Source: a virus. From it: a DNA stretch of 64,000 nucleotides. The stretch lies in IMG/VR virus record IMGVR_UViG_3300049893_002759, positions 4,056 through 68,055 of that record. One strand, written 5' to 3'. Under the pieces are notes generated by a model that was not told where the DNA came from, did no database searches, and was given only the letters and a program-made list of their open reading frames with translations. Each line of letters starts with the position of its first letter. Positions within the stretch are counted from its first letter, which is position 1. Positions 49,788-59,181 of the stretch are shown here, in pieces. Position numbers and translations under genes: made by a program.

Positions 49788-50261
49788 ATGCCTCGTAATT
49801 ATGACAGCATAGATTTAGATTTTACTTGGGATGGCGATTTTCTCGTCGATTCACAAGGTGATTTAAAAGATACAAAAGAAGATATTTTATTATCATTTCG
49901 TAATGAAGTATTTACAGTTATTAAATCTTCACTTAAAGATTGGCGTGAAGAGCCAGGGGTAGGCGCTAGTTTAGATGATTTTGTTGGTGAACCTAATGTT
50001 GCAGATACAGGCAAAGCTATTGAACAAAGAGTTCGTTCAGCATTAATAGTTATTACTAGTGCAAATGATCTTAATGTCAGAGTAATTCCAGTAGGGGTAC
50101 ACAAAGTACTTATTACTATTACTATTCAAGTATTGGCCACTCCTGAAAATGGACTTACCTCAGGTGAAGCATTAAATGTCAGTTTCTTGTATGATTATTT
50201 TGAACGCGGCACATTTGTTCCTCTAGATGAGATGAACAAATTTAGCAGGAGGAACATATAA
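49788..50261 (+). CDS. Baseplate gp25-like (sheath initiator) protein
   Basis: DLDF...GDL...DWREEPGVGASLDDFVGEPN resembles gp25/GPW proteins; precedes baseplate J. Confidence 0.75.
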   Translation: MPRNYDSIDLDFTWDGDFLVDSQGDLKDTKEDILLSFRNEVFTVIKSSLKDWREEPGVGASLDDFVGEPNVADTGKAIEQRVRSALIVITSANDLNVRVIPVGVHKVLITITIQVLATPENGLTSGEALNVSFLYDYFERGTFVPLDEMNKFSRRNI

Positions 50262-51476
50262 ATGCCTTTAGTTTTTGAAAAATCGTTCGAAAAATTACAA
50301 TCAGAAACTATGAGCGAATTGACTAGCTCTACCAATATTACTCGAATTACTCCAGGTTCGAAAGCACGCACTCTTGCACAAATTTTTAACAGAAAGTTAA
50401 ATAAAGCTTATCAAGATTTTGATATTAATTTTCTTCGTACTTTCTTGCCATTTGCGCAGGGTCGTTTTCTTGACTATATTGGAGATGCACTTAATGTTCC
50501 TCGTCTTGGCGCAACTCGATCACAAGCTAGTATAAATTCTCAACTTCAAAAGGTGTATGTTGAAAGTGGTACCTTTGGTGACCTAAATAGTGGTAATGAT
50601 ATCTTTTTGCCGGTTGGATTACAGATTTCAACTCTTCCACAAAATGAAGGAATTACTTATCGTCTTACAGAAAGCGTAATTTTACCAGCTACTGGTAATG
50701 AAATTTTTATCGCTATTGAAGCCACTAGAGATGGAGTTATATCTAATGTAGGTCCAGATACCCTTCGATTCACAACATTTAATAACTACACAGCAAATAC
50801 AGGATTATTATTTAATAATATAGGGATTATTAATACTGGTCGAGATATTGAGTCTGACACTAACTATAGGTTTCGTATTAGCAATCAAGCCTTGTCGGCA
50901 GAAGCTGCTAATCAAACAGCGGTACGACTTTCTCTTTTAACGATTCCTGGAGTGTCAGATATAGTAGCAGCTCCTTATGCTCGTGGTATTGGAACTTTTG
51001 ATTATATTATTCAAACTGTAGTGCCCAATACTCCAGAACCAGTTATTAATGCTTGTCAGCAAGCCATTGAAAGAGTACAGGGTTTTGGTATTAGTGGTAG
51101 AGCAGTTCGTCCACGTTTAACAGGCATGTCTTTTACTATCAGCATTACATGGCGAAATGATGCAACAGCAGATGACAGAGCAACTATTAAAAGAGCCATA
51201 CCTACTGCAATCCAAAATTATGTAAATAATTTAAAGATAGGTGAAGAATTTATTTATAATGAATTAATTCAAGTCGTTATGGATGTAGATAATAAAATTA
51301 AAAATATTGGTACTGCTGCTGAAGCAATTGATGAAATCTTTATCTATAGAGAATCTAAACTTAGAGATAGTTCTTTGAAAGAAGAACTAATTGGCGATTA
51401 TGCGCCTTCAAGTGATGAGCGTTTGATTATCGAAGAATCTCTGGACACCCCAATTATTCTTATTGATAAAAATTGA
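50262..51476 (+). CDS. Baseplate J-like wedge protein
   Basis: TPGSKARTL, AQGRFLDYIG, GRDIESDTNYRFRI, IPGVSD...GIGTFD, YVNNLKIGE. Confidence 0.85.
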   Translation: MPLVFEKSFEKLQSETMSELTSSTNITRITPGSKARTLAQIFNRKLNKAYQDFDINFLRTFLPFAQGRFLDYIGDALNVPRLGATRSQASINSQLQKVYVESGTFGDLNSGNDIFLPVGLQISTLPQNEGITYRLTESVILPATGNEIFIAIEATRDGVISNVGPDTLRFTTFNNYTANTGLLFNNIGIINTGRDIESDTNYRFRISNQALSAEAANQTAVRLSLLTIPGVSDIVAAPYARGIGTFDYIIQTVVPNTPEPVINACQQAIERVQGFGISGRAVRPRLTGMSFTISITWRNDATADDRATIKRAIPTAIQNYVNNLKIGEEFIYNELIQVVMDVDNKIKNIGTAAEAIDEIFIYRESKLRDSSLKEELIGDYAPSSDERLIIEESLDTPIILIDKN

Positions 51477-51485
51477 GGTTAATCT

Positions 51486-53090
51486 ATGTCACGTAAATCA
51501 AAAGTTACCCAAGAAATGGCTAATGGTTTTCCTGAATGGACAAAAGTTCGTACAGACGATCAGTCTGTAGGACAGTCATTGATTAATACAATTGGCCTTG
51601 AAATGGAAACTCTGCTTACTGAAATGTTTAGAGCTCAAAAAAGCATGTTTTTAACTACTGCGTTTACAGGAGAAATTGATCAAACTTTTAAAATAACCTT
51701 ACCAAATTATTTTAGTTTTGATACTAACAATACTAATACATTAGCTTCTATATCAGTAGTACCTACTATTTCAGGAAGATTAGGTAATGAATGGTTCACA
51801 GTTGAGCATATAGAAGATGGGTCTCTTCACTCTTTTTGGTATGATGCTATACCTTCTCGTATAGGTTTAGTGTCTACATTTGTGCTTGAAGATTTACTAG
51901 TAGCTTCTGGGATGTCTACTGATATAAACTTACAACTCGTTAACAGTGGATTAGATTTAGACAATAAACTTACTGTAGTAACCAACGGACAACAATTAGT
52001 TTCTGTAGATGCTAACAATAATCTTCAGCGTAGCAAGGTGCGTATTGATGGTATTACTTGGAAGGGAACTACTGAATCAGAAGATGTTGTCTTTTTGTTT
52101 GCTGAAAGTAAACAAACTTTTAAAGCTTGGACTAATATTACTAAAATAGCACCAATAGATTTTTCAGAAGAAACTCATATTGATGTCTTTTCACATCAGT
52201 TTAATCAGCCATATTATATAGATAGTTTCGAATCTCTATCACAGTTTTCTGAATCACGCGAGAATCTTCCGTTATTTTGGACTATTATTGAATCTAATGA
52301 TAATAATTCTATATTACAAGCTCAACGATATACAGCAGAAAAAGCTATTGATTTGATTCGTAATCAACCAACCTTTGCTGAATATCGTAGTTGGGAACTT
52401 TTAGATGCATTAAATAATCCAGTTATAATAAATGATATTGTTCCTGTTCCTAATGAACAGCGAATTTTTGCTATTACTAATTCGGGCTTATTAATTTATG
52501 ACACCTTTATGGAGCTTCCAAACTTAAAGGCACTTACTCTTCGTACTCCTAATGCCCTGATTGATATAGAAACTAGTTCTGATTATATTATTCGTGAAGG
52601 CGAAGTTGAAGTTTCTCCAATTTTTAAACGTCCAATTAAAACCATCATACGTCATAGGGTCAAAATTAAATATCCTGATGGAATTGAACAGGGCATTTTA
52701 TTAGACGGTACTCTTGTACCAGTTAGTGTTGATTATTGGATTAATGAAGAAATTACTGATAGATTTATTCGCCAACCATTTTTCTTAGAATTAACTGATC
52801 TAGGACAACACGTTATTACTCTTGAATGTGTATATTTAGATCAAACAGTTGAGTTTGCTCAACGAGCAATTCTTGTTCAATCAAAAAGTCCATTAGTGCA
52901 ATTAGATTTTTCTAATATTACCACTACTGCAAGCGGCATTGATATTGATCATCAAAATCGTCTTTTGATTCTTGATAGTGCAGGAACTGTTCATCATATG
53001 CAGCTTTATTATGATAAAGTCTTAATAGACTTTGAAAATAAAGAACTTACATTTCGAGAACAATATGATGAAATTAAAGTCATCAAGTAG
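51486..53090 (+). CDS. Putative baseplate protein
   Basis: 534 aa following baseplate J; MANGFPEW start. Confidence 0.5.
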   Translation: MSRKSKVTQEMANGFPEWTKVRTDDQSVGQSLINTIGLEMETLLTEMFRAQKSMFLTTAFTGEIDQTFKITLPNYFSFDTNNTNTLASISVVPTISGRLGNEWFTVEHIEDGSLHSFWYDAIPSRIGLVSTFVLEDLLVASGMSTDINLQLVNSGLDLDNKLTVVTNGQQLVSVDANNNLQRSKVRIDGITWKGTTESEDVVFLFAESKQTFKAWTNITKIAPIDFSEETHIDVFSHQFNQPYYIDSFESLSQFSESRENLPLFWTIIESNDNNSILQAQRYTAEKAIDLIRNQPTFAEYRSWELLDALNNPVIINDIVPVPNEQRIFAITNSGLLIYDTFMELPNLKALTLRTPNALIDIETSSDYIIREGEVEVSPIFKRPIKTIIRHRVKIKYPDGIEQGILLDGTLVPVSVDYWINEEITDRFIRQPFFLELTDLGQHVITLECVYLDQTVEFAQRAILVQSKSPLVQLDFSNITTTASGIDIDHQNRLLILDSAGTVHHMQLYYDKVLIDFENKELTFREQYDEIKVIK

Positions 53091-53134
53091 TGTTAAAATG
53101 TTCTATAAAGACTATATTGAGGGGCGTATAATTC

Positions 53135-54070
53135 ATGACTGTTGGTAATCAAGCAATATCGCATGAGTTTACTATTGCAGAAATTGCTTTTAGAGGCGTG
53201 CCTGTTGCTACTCCAGTATTTAATGAACTTGATTATCATGGTTCATTACTAGGGTTGCAACGACTTCCAGAAGAGAGAAATGCTTCTTATAAGCAACGTC
53301 TTCTTGACGTTTATGTTCATCGTGCCAACTCTTCTTATACTGGTCTAGTAAATGGTATAACTCGTGAATTAGGACTACAATTCTTTACTCCAATTCAAAT
53401 TACAGTAGCTACTGGCGTTAATCCATCTTGGTCTCCACGTATTGAATTTGTTGATAATTTAGTTTATATCTGGAAAGATTCATTCACTCAAGAATTGGAT
53501 ATAGTTATTGATCGTGGTGATCCTAAGCTACCATCTTATTTTATTATTGGTTTAGTAGCAGCTATTAATACATCTAGTGTTTTTGATGCAATCGTTCTTG
53601 ATTCGCAATGGAACTATAAGCGTAGTGATAGTATTGTGAATCAATCAAGTTCTAAATTAGTAGAGGCACAGCCTTTATTGCCATCACTTACTAACCATCT
53701 TGGTGTAAAGTTTATAGATAAAGGTTCTGTAATCTTTAGTGATATTGATACATTTCGAACTGAAGTCAATTCTGTAGGATTAGTTAATAGTTTTGGTAAA
53801 TACCATATTAACTATCAAACAGGCCTTATAACATCATTTAATTTTCCATTAGATGGATCAATTATTCAACATTCATTTCGTCAAGAAATTTTTCAACCTA
53901 TAGCTTCGCCGGTAATTATTAGAGCAATTCATTCAGCTGAATTTCAAAAAGTAATGTTTCATCAAAATGAACAAATTGATGGTACATTTACAAATGGAAC
54001 ACCTACAGATAAAGGCGCTTCTATTATTAACGAATTATTATCTGTAGTACCAATGTATTGGGGACCATAA
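53135..54070 (+). CDS. Putative baseplate wedge protein (gpI/J-like motif)
   Basis: ELDYHGSLLGLQRLPEERNASYKQRL resembles the wedge LD..G..LG..R...E.D..YR.R motif. Confidence 0.55.
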   Translation: MTVGNQAISHEFTIAEIAFRGVPVATPVFNELDYHGSLLGLQRLPEERNASYKQRLLDVYVHRANSSYTGLVNGITRELGLQFFTPIQITVATGVNPSWSPRIEFVDNLVYIWKDSFTQELDIVIDRGDPKLPSYFIIGLVAAINTSSVFDAIVLDSQWNYKRSDSIVNQSSSKLVEAQPLLPSLTNHLGVKFIDKGSVIFSDIDTFRTEVNSVGLVNSFGKYHINYQTGLITSFNFPLDGSIIQHSFRQEIFQPIASPVIIRAIHSAEFQKVMFHQNEQIDGTFTNGTPTDKGASIINELLSVVPMYWGP

Positions 54071-54073
54071 CAA

Positions 54074-56413
54074 ATGTCTTTCTTTTCTAGCAAATTTGAT
54101 ACACAAGTAGTAATTTATAAATCAGCTGGTCAAGGAGCATTAACAGGATTTCGTTCTGAATTTGCAAATACACCTCATCCTGCTACTGGAAAATTAATTA
54201 CTGGTTTTCAGTTTGATGAAGCAGTTTGGCGTACTGACCTAGAAGATAATAGTAATTTTGTTGAACCTACATTGTTAGATTCATATACCGCTAATCTGAA
54301 TGATAAATTTCAAACTGGCGTAGGCGACAATAACGATTTGTTTATTAATGAAATTAAAACCCAATTTCAAGGAATTAATAATTCATCATTACCAGTTTGG
54401 CTACCTAAAATTAATCATGGTTATTTTTATGGTGGTCAAGATGAATTTTATCTTTTTTCTGATGATGGATTAACTGTTTATCCAACTCAATTTCAGGTAT
54501 GGACATCACAAGTCACAACTGCTTCAGGTGGTAATTTTATAGATTTACAATTTGTTCCTAAGCAGGGTGTTCCGGTTTTAGCTAGAAGCTTTACATGGAA
54601 TCGAGAAAAAGGTTTTTATGAAGTAGATGAATCAGCTCGTAAGGTAACCTCATTTACACCTAAATTTGTTGATGATGAATTCTTGTTAACTACTGCCGGA
54701 GATGAGATTTTATGGGATAATCTTTCTCTCGGAGCTTTAGAATTTGTTATTGAATTATCTGGCGATTTGCCACGCGTAATTTTTAATCAGCAAGTAGTTA
54801 AACCAGTAGGTCATCTGCTATCTAATATCATTACTTATGCACCTGATGAATTAGATGCAATGGAATTGGTAGGCGTTATTTTTGAACAAGATTTTCAAGA
54901 ACATCATTTAAAATTTGCACCACTTGATAAACAGTCTGGTATACAGATTGTTTTACAAAATGGGACAAGTGTTATTGAATATACTGTTGTAGAAGAATTT
55001 ACAGAAGGTGGCAGTCAAGAAGTCCAAGTGGATTGGGATTTAGGTATTCTACGTTTTGGATCTGAAACTTATGGCGGGAAGCCATCAACCGGATTTAATA
55101 TTCGTGTTTTTTATCATAAAACTTTAGCACTTGAATATGAACCTATTAATTCTAGAGATTTTGTTGTTAATACATTAGCAAATACAAACCCTATTCGACG
55201 CTATACAGCTGATGGCTTTGTGTTAATTCGTCAACAAACAGAAGACCCTGCTAATCTAGTGCTTACAACTGAGCTACCTCTTATTTCTCCAAATTTTTAT
55301 GGTCCACTTTATATTGGTAATAGCTTTTCTAAACTATTAGCTACAGTAACTACAGTTGATAATGTGGCCATTGAAGGACAGGAAATTTTCTTCGAAATTC
55401 TTTCAGGTCCATCTGATGCAACTTTTGGTGCTGATTTAAATGCTAGTGCTATTTCAAATGCACAAGGTCAAAGTGTTACTTTATTTAATCCTCCTCGTTC
55501 TATTGAACAAATGGGTGGCGTAACCAATGAAGTTACAATCAGTGGTTCAACTAGTCAATTATTCTTGCCTGAATATGTTCCACCAGGTAGTAATAATACT
55601 TTATTTGTATTTCAGGTACATACAACAGATAATATTCTAGGTATTCCAAAAACAGATTTGTTATCTTTTTATGAAAATTACATTCAAGAACAAGATACGA
55701 TCAGCAGTCAAACACAGGGTCCACGTATTAATATTAATATGGGAGATTTAGGAAGTTATGATTGGATTGGTGGCGCATATAGTGATTTCATTAAATGGGA
55801 AATACTACACAGAAGCTTTCATAATCTAGCTACACCTATTGTTTATGATTCAGATGATTTAGATGATCTACGTATTGGCAAGAAAACTGTTATTGCAGTT
55901 TTAGATTCTGATGCAATTAATCCACATACTGGAACTACTCCAGCATTTGTGCCACTTCAACCTGTTGATTACTCTATTACAGATTCAGGTACATTGGTAA
56001 ATTTTGATCAAGTATTGCCAGTTGCGAGTGGCCTTTATAAATCTTATCTTGTAATTGGTCCAACTAAAGTGGCTATTCGTGCTTATACAAATAACCTTCG
56101 TACTGGACAAACTATTTATAGTAATACTATAGAAATTTTATTAGATATTCCTGATGCAGCTAAAGGATTAGTTTTTGTTGATACAATTAACTCTATGCCT
56201 TCTGGCTTATTAGGTAACTCATATAATTGGGACCAAGAGAATCTTGAATTAGAATCTGTTAATATATCTACATCAGGGCTCTTGCCTATTGGCTGGAGAA
56301 TTAGATCGCCAGGAATTACTATTGCTAGTGCTTTAGATTCAATTACCTTTTTAGATATTAATCCTCTAACTGTTCCAGCTGATACAATTTCCCACGAGTT
56401 TGAAGTTGACTGA
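54074..56413 (+). CDS. Putative baseplate/tail structural protein with Ig-like segment
   Basis: 779 aa, acidic and beta-rich; VDWDLGILRFG; LATVTTVDNVAIEGQEIFF...SNAQGQS resembles a Big_1 domain. Confidence 0.55.
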   Translation: MSFFSSKFDTQVVIYKSAGQGALTGFRSEFANTPHPATGKLITGFQFDEAVWRTDLEDNSNFVEPTLLDSYTANLNDKFQTGVGDNNDLFINEIKTQFQGINNSSLPVWLPKINHGYFYGGQDEFYLFSDDGLTVYPTQFQVWTSQVTTASGGNFIDLQFVPKQGVPVLARSFTWNREKGFYEVDESARKVTSFTPKFVDDEFLLTTAGDEILWDNLSLGALEFVIELSGDLPRVIFNQQVVKPVGHLLSNIITYAPDELDAMELVGVIFEQDFQEHHLKFAPLDKQSGIQIVLQNGTSVIEYTVVEEFTEGGSQEVQVDWDLGILRFGSETYGGKPSTGFNIRVFYHKTLALEYEPINSRDFVVNTLANTNPIRRYTADGFVLIRQQTEDPANLVLTTELPLISPNFYGPLYIGNSFSKLLATVTTVDNVAIEGQEIFFEILSGPSDATFGADLNASAISNAQGQSVTLFNPPRSIEQMGGVTNEVTISGSTSQLFLPEYVPPGSNNTLFVFQVHTTDNILGIPKTDLLSFYENYIQEQDTISSQTQGPRININMGDLGSYDWIGGAYSDFIKWEILHRSFHNLATPIVYDSDDLDDLRIGKKTVIAVLDSDAINPHTGTTPAFVPLQPVDYSITDSGTLVNFDQVLPVASGLYKSYLVIGPTKVAIRAYTNNLRTGQTIYSNTIEILLDIPDAAKGLVFVDTINSMPSGLLGNSYNWDQENLELESVNISTSGLLPIGWRIRSPGITIASALDSITFLDINPLTVPADTISHEFEVD

Positions 56414-56422
56414 GGTGTTTAA

Positions 56423-59176
56423 ATGGCTGATAAATTTCGTACAACATTTGTTATTCCAGTAAGTTTTGCTTCCGGTGAACAACCAACAAGTGTAAAACTT
56501 AATTCTATTTCTACTCAGTCTAGAAATGGATTGGCTATTCTTGAAAGAGCTATTGGTGATCTTTGGAATCAAAGTGGGGATTCTATCACATCAGCATATC
56601 CCAACCATATTGCTAATTTAGCAAGGGCGGTTGGAGATCAGGCATTATTGAATGCTCAAATTCCATTACCTAATTTTAATGGTACAGCTTCTGTGCGTAT
56701 TCGCCAACCTATCGTAACATTCTTAGGAAAATCAGAAATTCACTTAGATTTTAAACCTCAAGTTGATTCAACTTTAAGAAGTTCTATAGATGCTTTACAG
56801 TATGATGGATCAAATACTTATGATGCAAGTGAAGTAACTAATCCAACTACTGATGGCCAATGGGCAGTAGATAGTAGTCAGGCACGTATTAGATTAGGTC
56901 GCGCTTTACATACTGTTCAAGCAGTTGATTATATTGAATACAATGTATTGGCAGCAGATTTTGCAGAATCAAGTGATTCGTTGGATTCTTCTAGTTTTAG
57001 TATCATTCCAAATCAAGACCAGTCTGATTGGAAGGGTCTTAAAATTTGTCAGATTACGGCAAACCAATACAACATTGTATTGCCATTCCGTAGACCTGAT
57101 TCGGCTCCTGCTGGTTTATCTAAGTTGCCATTAAGTGCTAATAACTCTGCTGAAGTAGGTTCGCCTAGTACAATTCGTTATTGGGGCCCTATTGCAGCTG
57201 GATATGTTTTTAATGCAACTATCTCTAGTAATAAATTCTATCGATATACACTATCACAAGTAGTAATGGATTTGTTTACCTCTTCAGTAGCAGGAACAAT
57301 CATTCCTTCTGGAACTCTTTATTTATGGGATACTGTTACGGATACTGTAGTAGAAGGCATAACCTTTAAAGTACCATCTGTAACTCCAACACTTGGAGGC
57401 GTATCAGGACAGCAACCATTTATTTTACAGGCCGATGGCGCTTCTTTAGATCAAGTCTTTAATGGGCCTAATGGTGATTTTACGTCTTTAATGACAACAG
57501 ATGTTCCTGCTGATTATCAGTCTCGATTTGCATTAATTTGTGTAGGACAATCTTTAGCTGCATCAGTTAATCAACTTAAAAAAGATTTAACTGAAGGAAG
57601 TAATATCTTAGGGCCACGTAAACGTATCTCCCATCGTGATCTAATTGAGACGCAACCAACACAACAAACTCGCCATCCAACTAATATTCCACCATCATTT
57701 ATTACAGGTGATGACCACTCATACTTATTAAGTCGTTTAGGTTCTGCAGAAACAGCTACTACATCTGCACATCGTGACCGTTTTAATAACGGTATATTAG
57801 GCAACCTACTACTATTAAGTAGTAGTTCTAGTTCTAATTATCAAAACTTATCTGCAGCAAGTAATTATATTTATTTTGGCTCTGTAAGTAGTTCTTCTCC
57901 AAGAATTAGAGGTAACCCAGGTGCTATCTCTAGTGCGCCAGCTGGAGTTGCTCAAAATGCATTTACCATTGATAATGCATCTCTTGATGTATCTACTGGT
58001 ATAATTCAACTTAGTAGCGGTAAATTACGTTCTTATAATGGCACTGATCTTGCCATGTTTAATGGAAGTGGCAATCATTCAAGTGGTGCTTTTTGGACAC
58101 AAAGAACCATTTTTAATGGAACAACTCAAAGCTTATCTACATTTACTGCTTCATTAAATAGTACTCGATATATAGATATTGACGCAACTAGTTCTAACTT
58201 AGTTAGCTTCAAAGGTCAAGATTTAGATATCTCTGCAGCATCTGGCGATAGTAATGATGTCGTAATAGGAGATAATAATACTTCTACCCAATTGCGTCTC
58301 AAAAACAATATTCTAGTATTTGGAAAAACTACTGATATAACAATTCCAGGTCAAGCACGTCTCTATAGAAGTGCTGGCAATATACTTACCTTTCAAGAAG
58401 ATGCTGATGGTAATAATCTATTTAGTACAGCTGGAGCAAAACTGCGTGCTGGAGCTCTAATAGCTTCAGATGGTGAAATTCATTTTGATAGCGATGCAAC
58501 AGAAAATGATAAAATTGCTTTTGACGATACAACAAATAATTTTGATTTTTACGCAGATAATTCTATTAATAGTTCAATAGTTAATGCAGGAAGAATAGTT
58601 GCAACACAAGGACATTACTATAGCCCAGCAAAAGAAGCAGCTGTTAGATTTAAAATTGATCCTGTATATGTAGATAAAGGATCTGGTGGACAAAACACAT
58701 GGTATAGAGCTCGTGGAGATGTACCATTAATGGCAGAATTTAATGAAGTCGATTGGTATACAGTAGATCTAACTAATGATTTTACTGAACATAGAATTGC
58801 TTTTTGGCTGCCAGCTCCAGTTAGTGTTTCTTACATAAGAAAAATGAGATTTAGTATGCATATTGATGGACTTGCTGTGCCTATCACTTTTACAGCACGA
58901 TGTAGTTTAGCAAGTGCTGATGAAACCGCTTGGCAGTTTGGAGGCCTTACAGTCGAAACATCAGAAGATGATTCTGCTGGTTTGGTAAATAACGATGATG
59001 CCACTTTTGAATTTGATTTTGGATCGCCAGGAATCTTTGATGTAGGTGGGCGTAAAATCGAAGGTATGTTTTTACAATTTAAAATAAGTGTTCCTGGACC
59101 AGTAACTGCTAACCTTTATGTACATAGCGCAAAGGTTACATATGTCTCATCTAGATCTAGTATATTTGACGATTAA
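56423..59176 (+). CDS. Putative tail fibre/spike protein
   Basis: 917 aa, Ser/Thr/Asn/Gly-rich; N-terminal FASGEQPTSVKLN attachment-like motif. Confidence 0.55.
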   Translation: MADKFRTTFVIPVSFASGEQPTSVKLNSISTQSRNGLAILERAIGDLWNQSGDSITSAYPNHIANLARAVGDQALLNAQIPLPNFNGTASVRIRQPIVTFLGKSEIHLDFKPQVDSTLRSSIDALQYDGSNTYDASEVTNPTTDGQWAVDSSQARIRLGRALHTVQAVDYIEYNVLAADFAESSDSLDSSSFSIIPNQDQSDWKGLKICQITANQYNIVLPFRRPDSAPAGLSKLPLSANNSAEVGSPSTIRYWGPIAAGYVFNATISSNKFYRYTLSQVVMDLFTSSVAGTIIPSGTLYLWDTVTDTVVEGITFKVPSVTPTLGGVSGQQPFILQADGASLDQVFNGPNGDFTSLMTTDVPADYQSRFALICVGQSLAASVNQLKKDLTEGSNILGPRKRISHRDLIETQPTQQTRHPTNIPPSFITGDDHSYLLSRLGSAETATTSAHRDRFNNGILGNLLLLSSSSSSNYQNLSAASNYIYFGSVSSSSPRIRGNPGAISSAPAGVAQNAFTIDNASLDVSTGIIQLSSGKLRSYNGTDLAMFNGSGNHSSGAFWTQRTIFNGTTQSLSTFTASLNSTRYIDIDATSSNLVSFKGQDLDISAASGDSNDVVIGDNNTSTQLRLKNNILVFGKTTDITIPGQARLYRSAGNILTFQEDADGNNLFSTAGAKLRAGALIASDGEIHFDSDATENDKIAFDDTTNNFDFYADNSINSSIVNAGRIVATQGHYYSPAKEAAVRFKIDPVYVDKGSGGQNTWYRARGDVPLMAEFNEVDWYTVDLTNDFTEHRIAFWLPAPVSVSYIRKMRFSMHIDGLAVPITFTARCSLASADETAWQFGGLTVETSEDDSAGLVNNDDATFEFDFGSPGIFDVGGRKIEGMFLQFKISVPGPVTANLYVHSAKVTYVSSRSSIFDD

Positions 59177-59181
59177 CATAT

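Noticed and set aside
28627-54070. Bacterial eCIS/tailocin rather than phage
   Set aside because: Terminase, portal, protease and capsid genes are in the same operon, so this is a head-containing phage.
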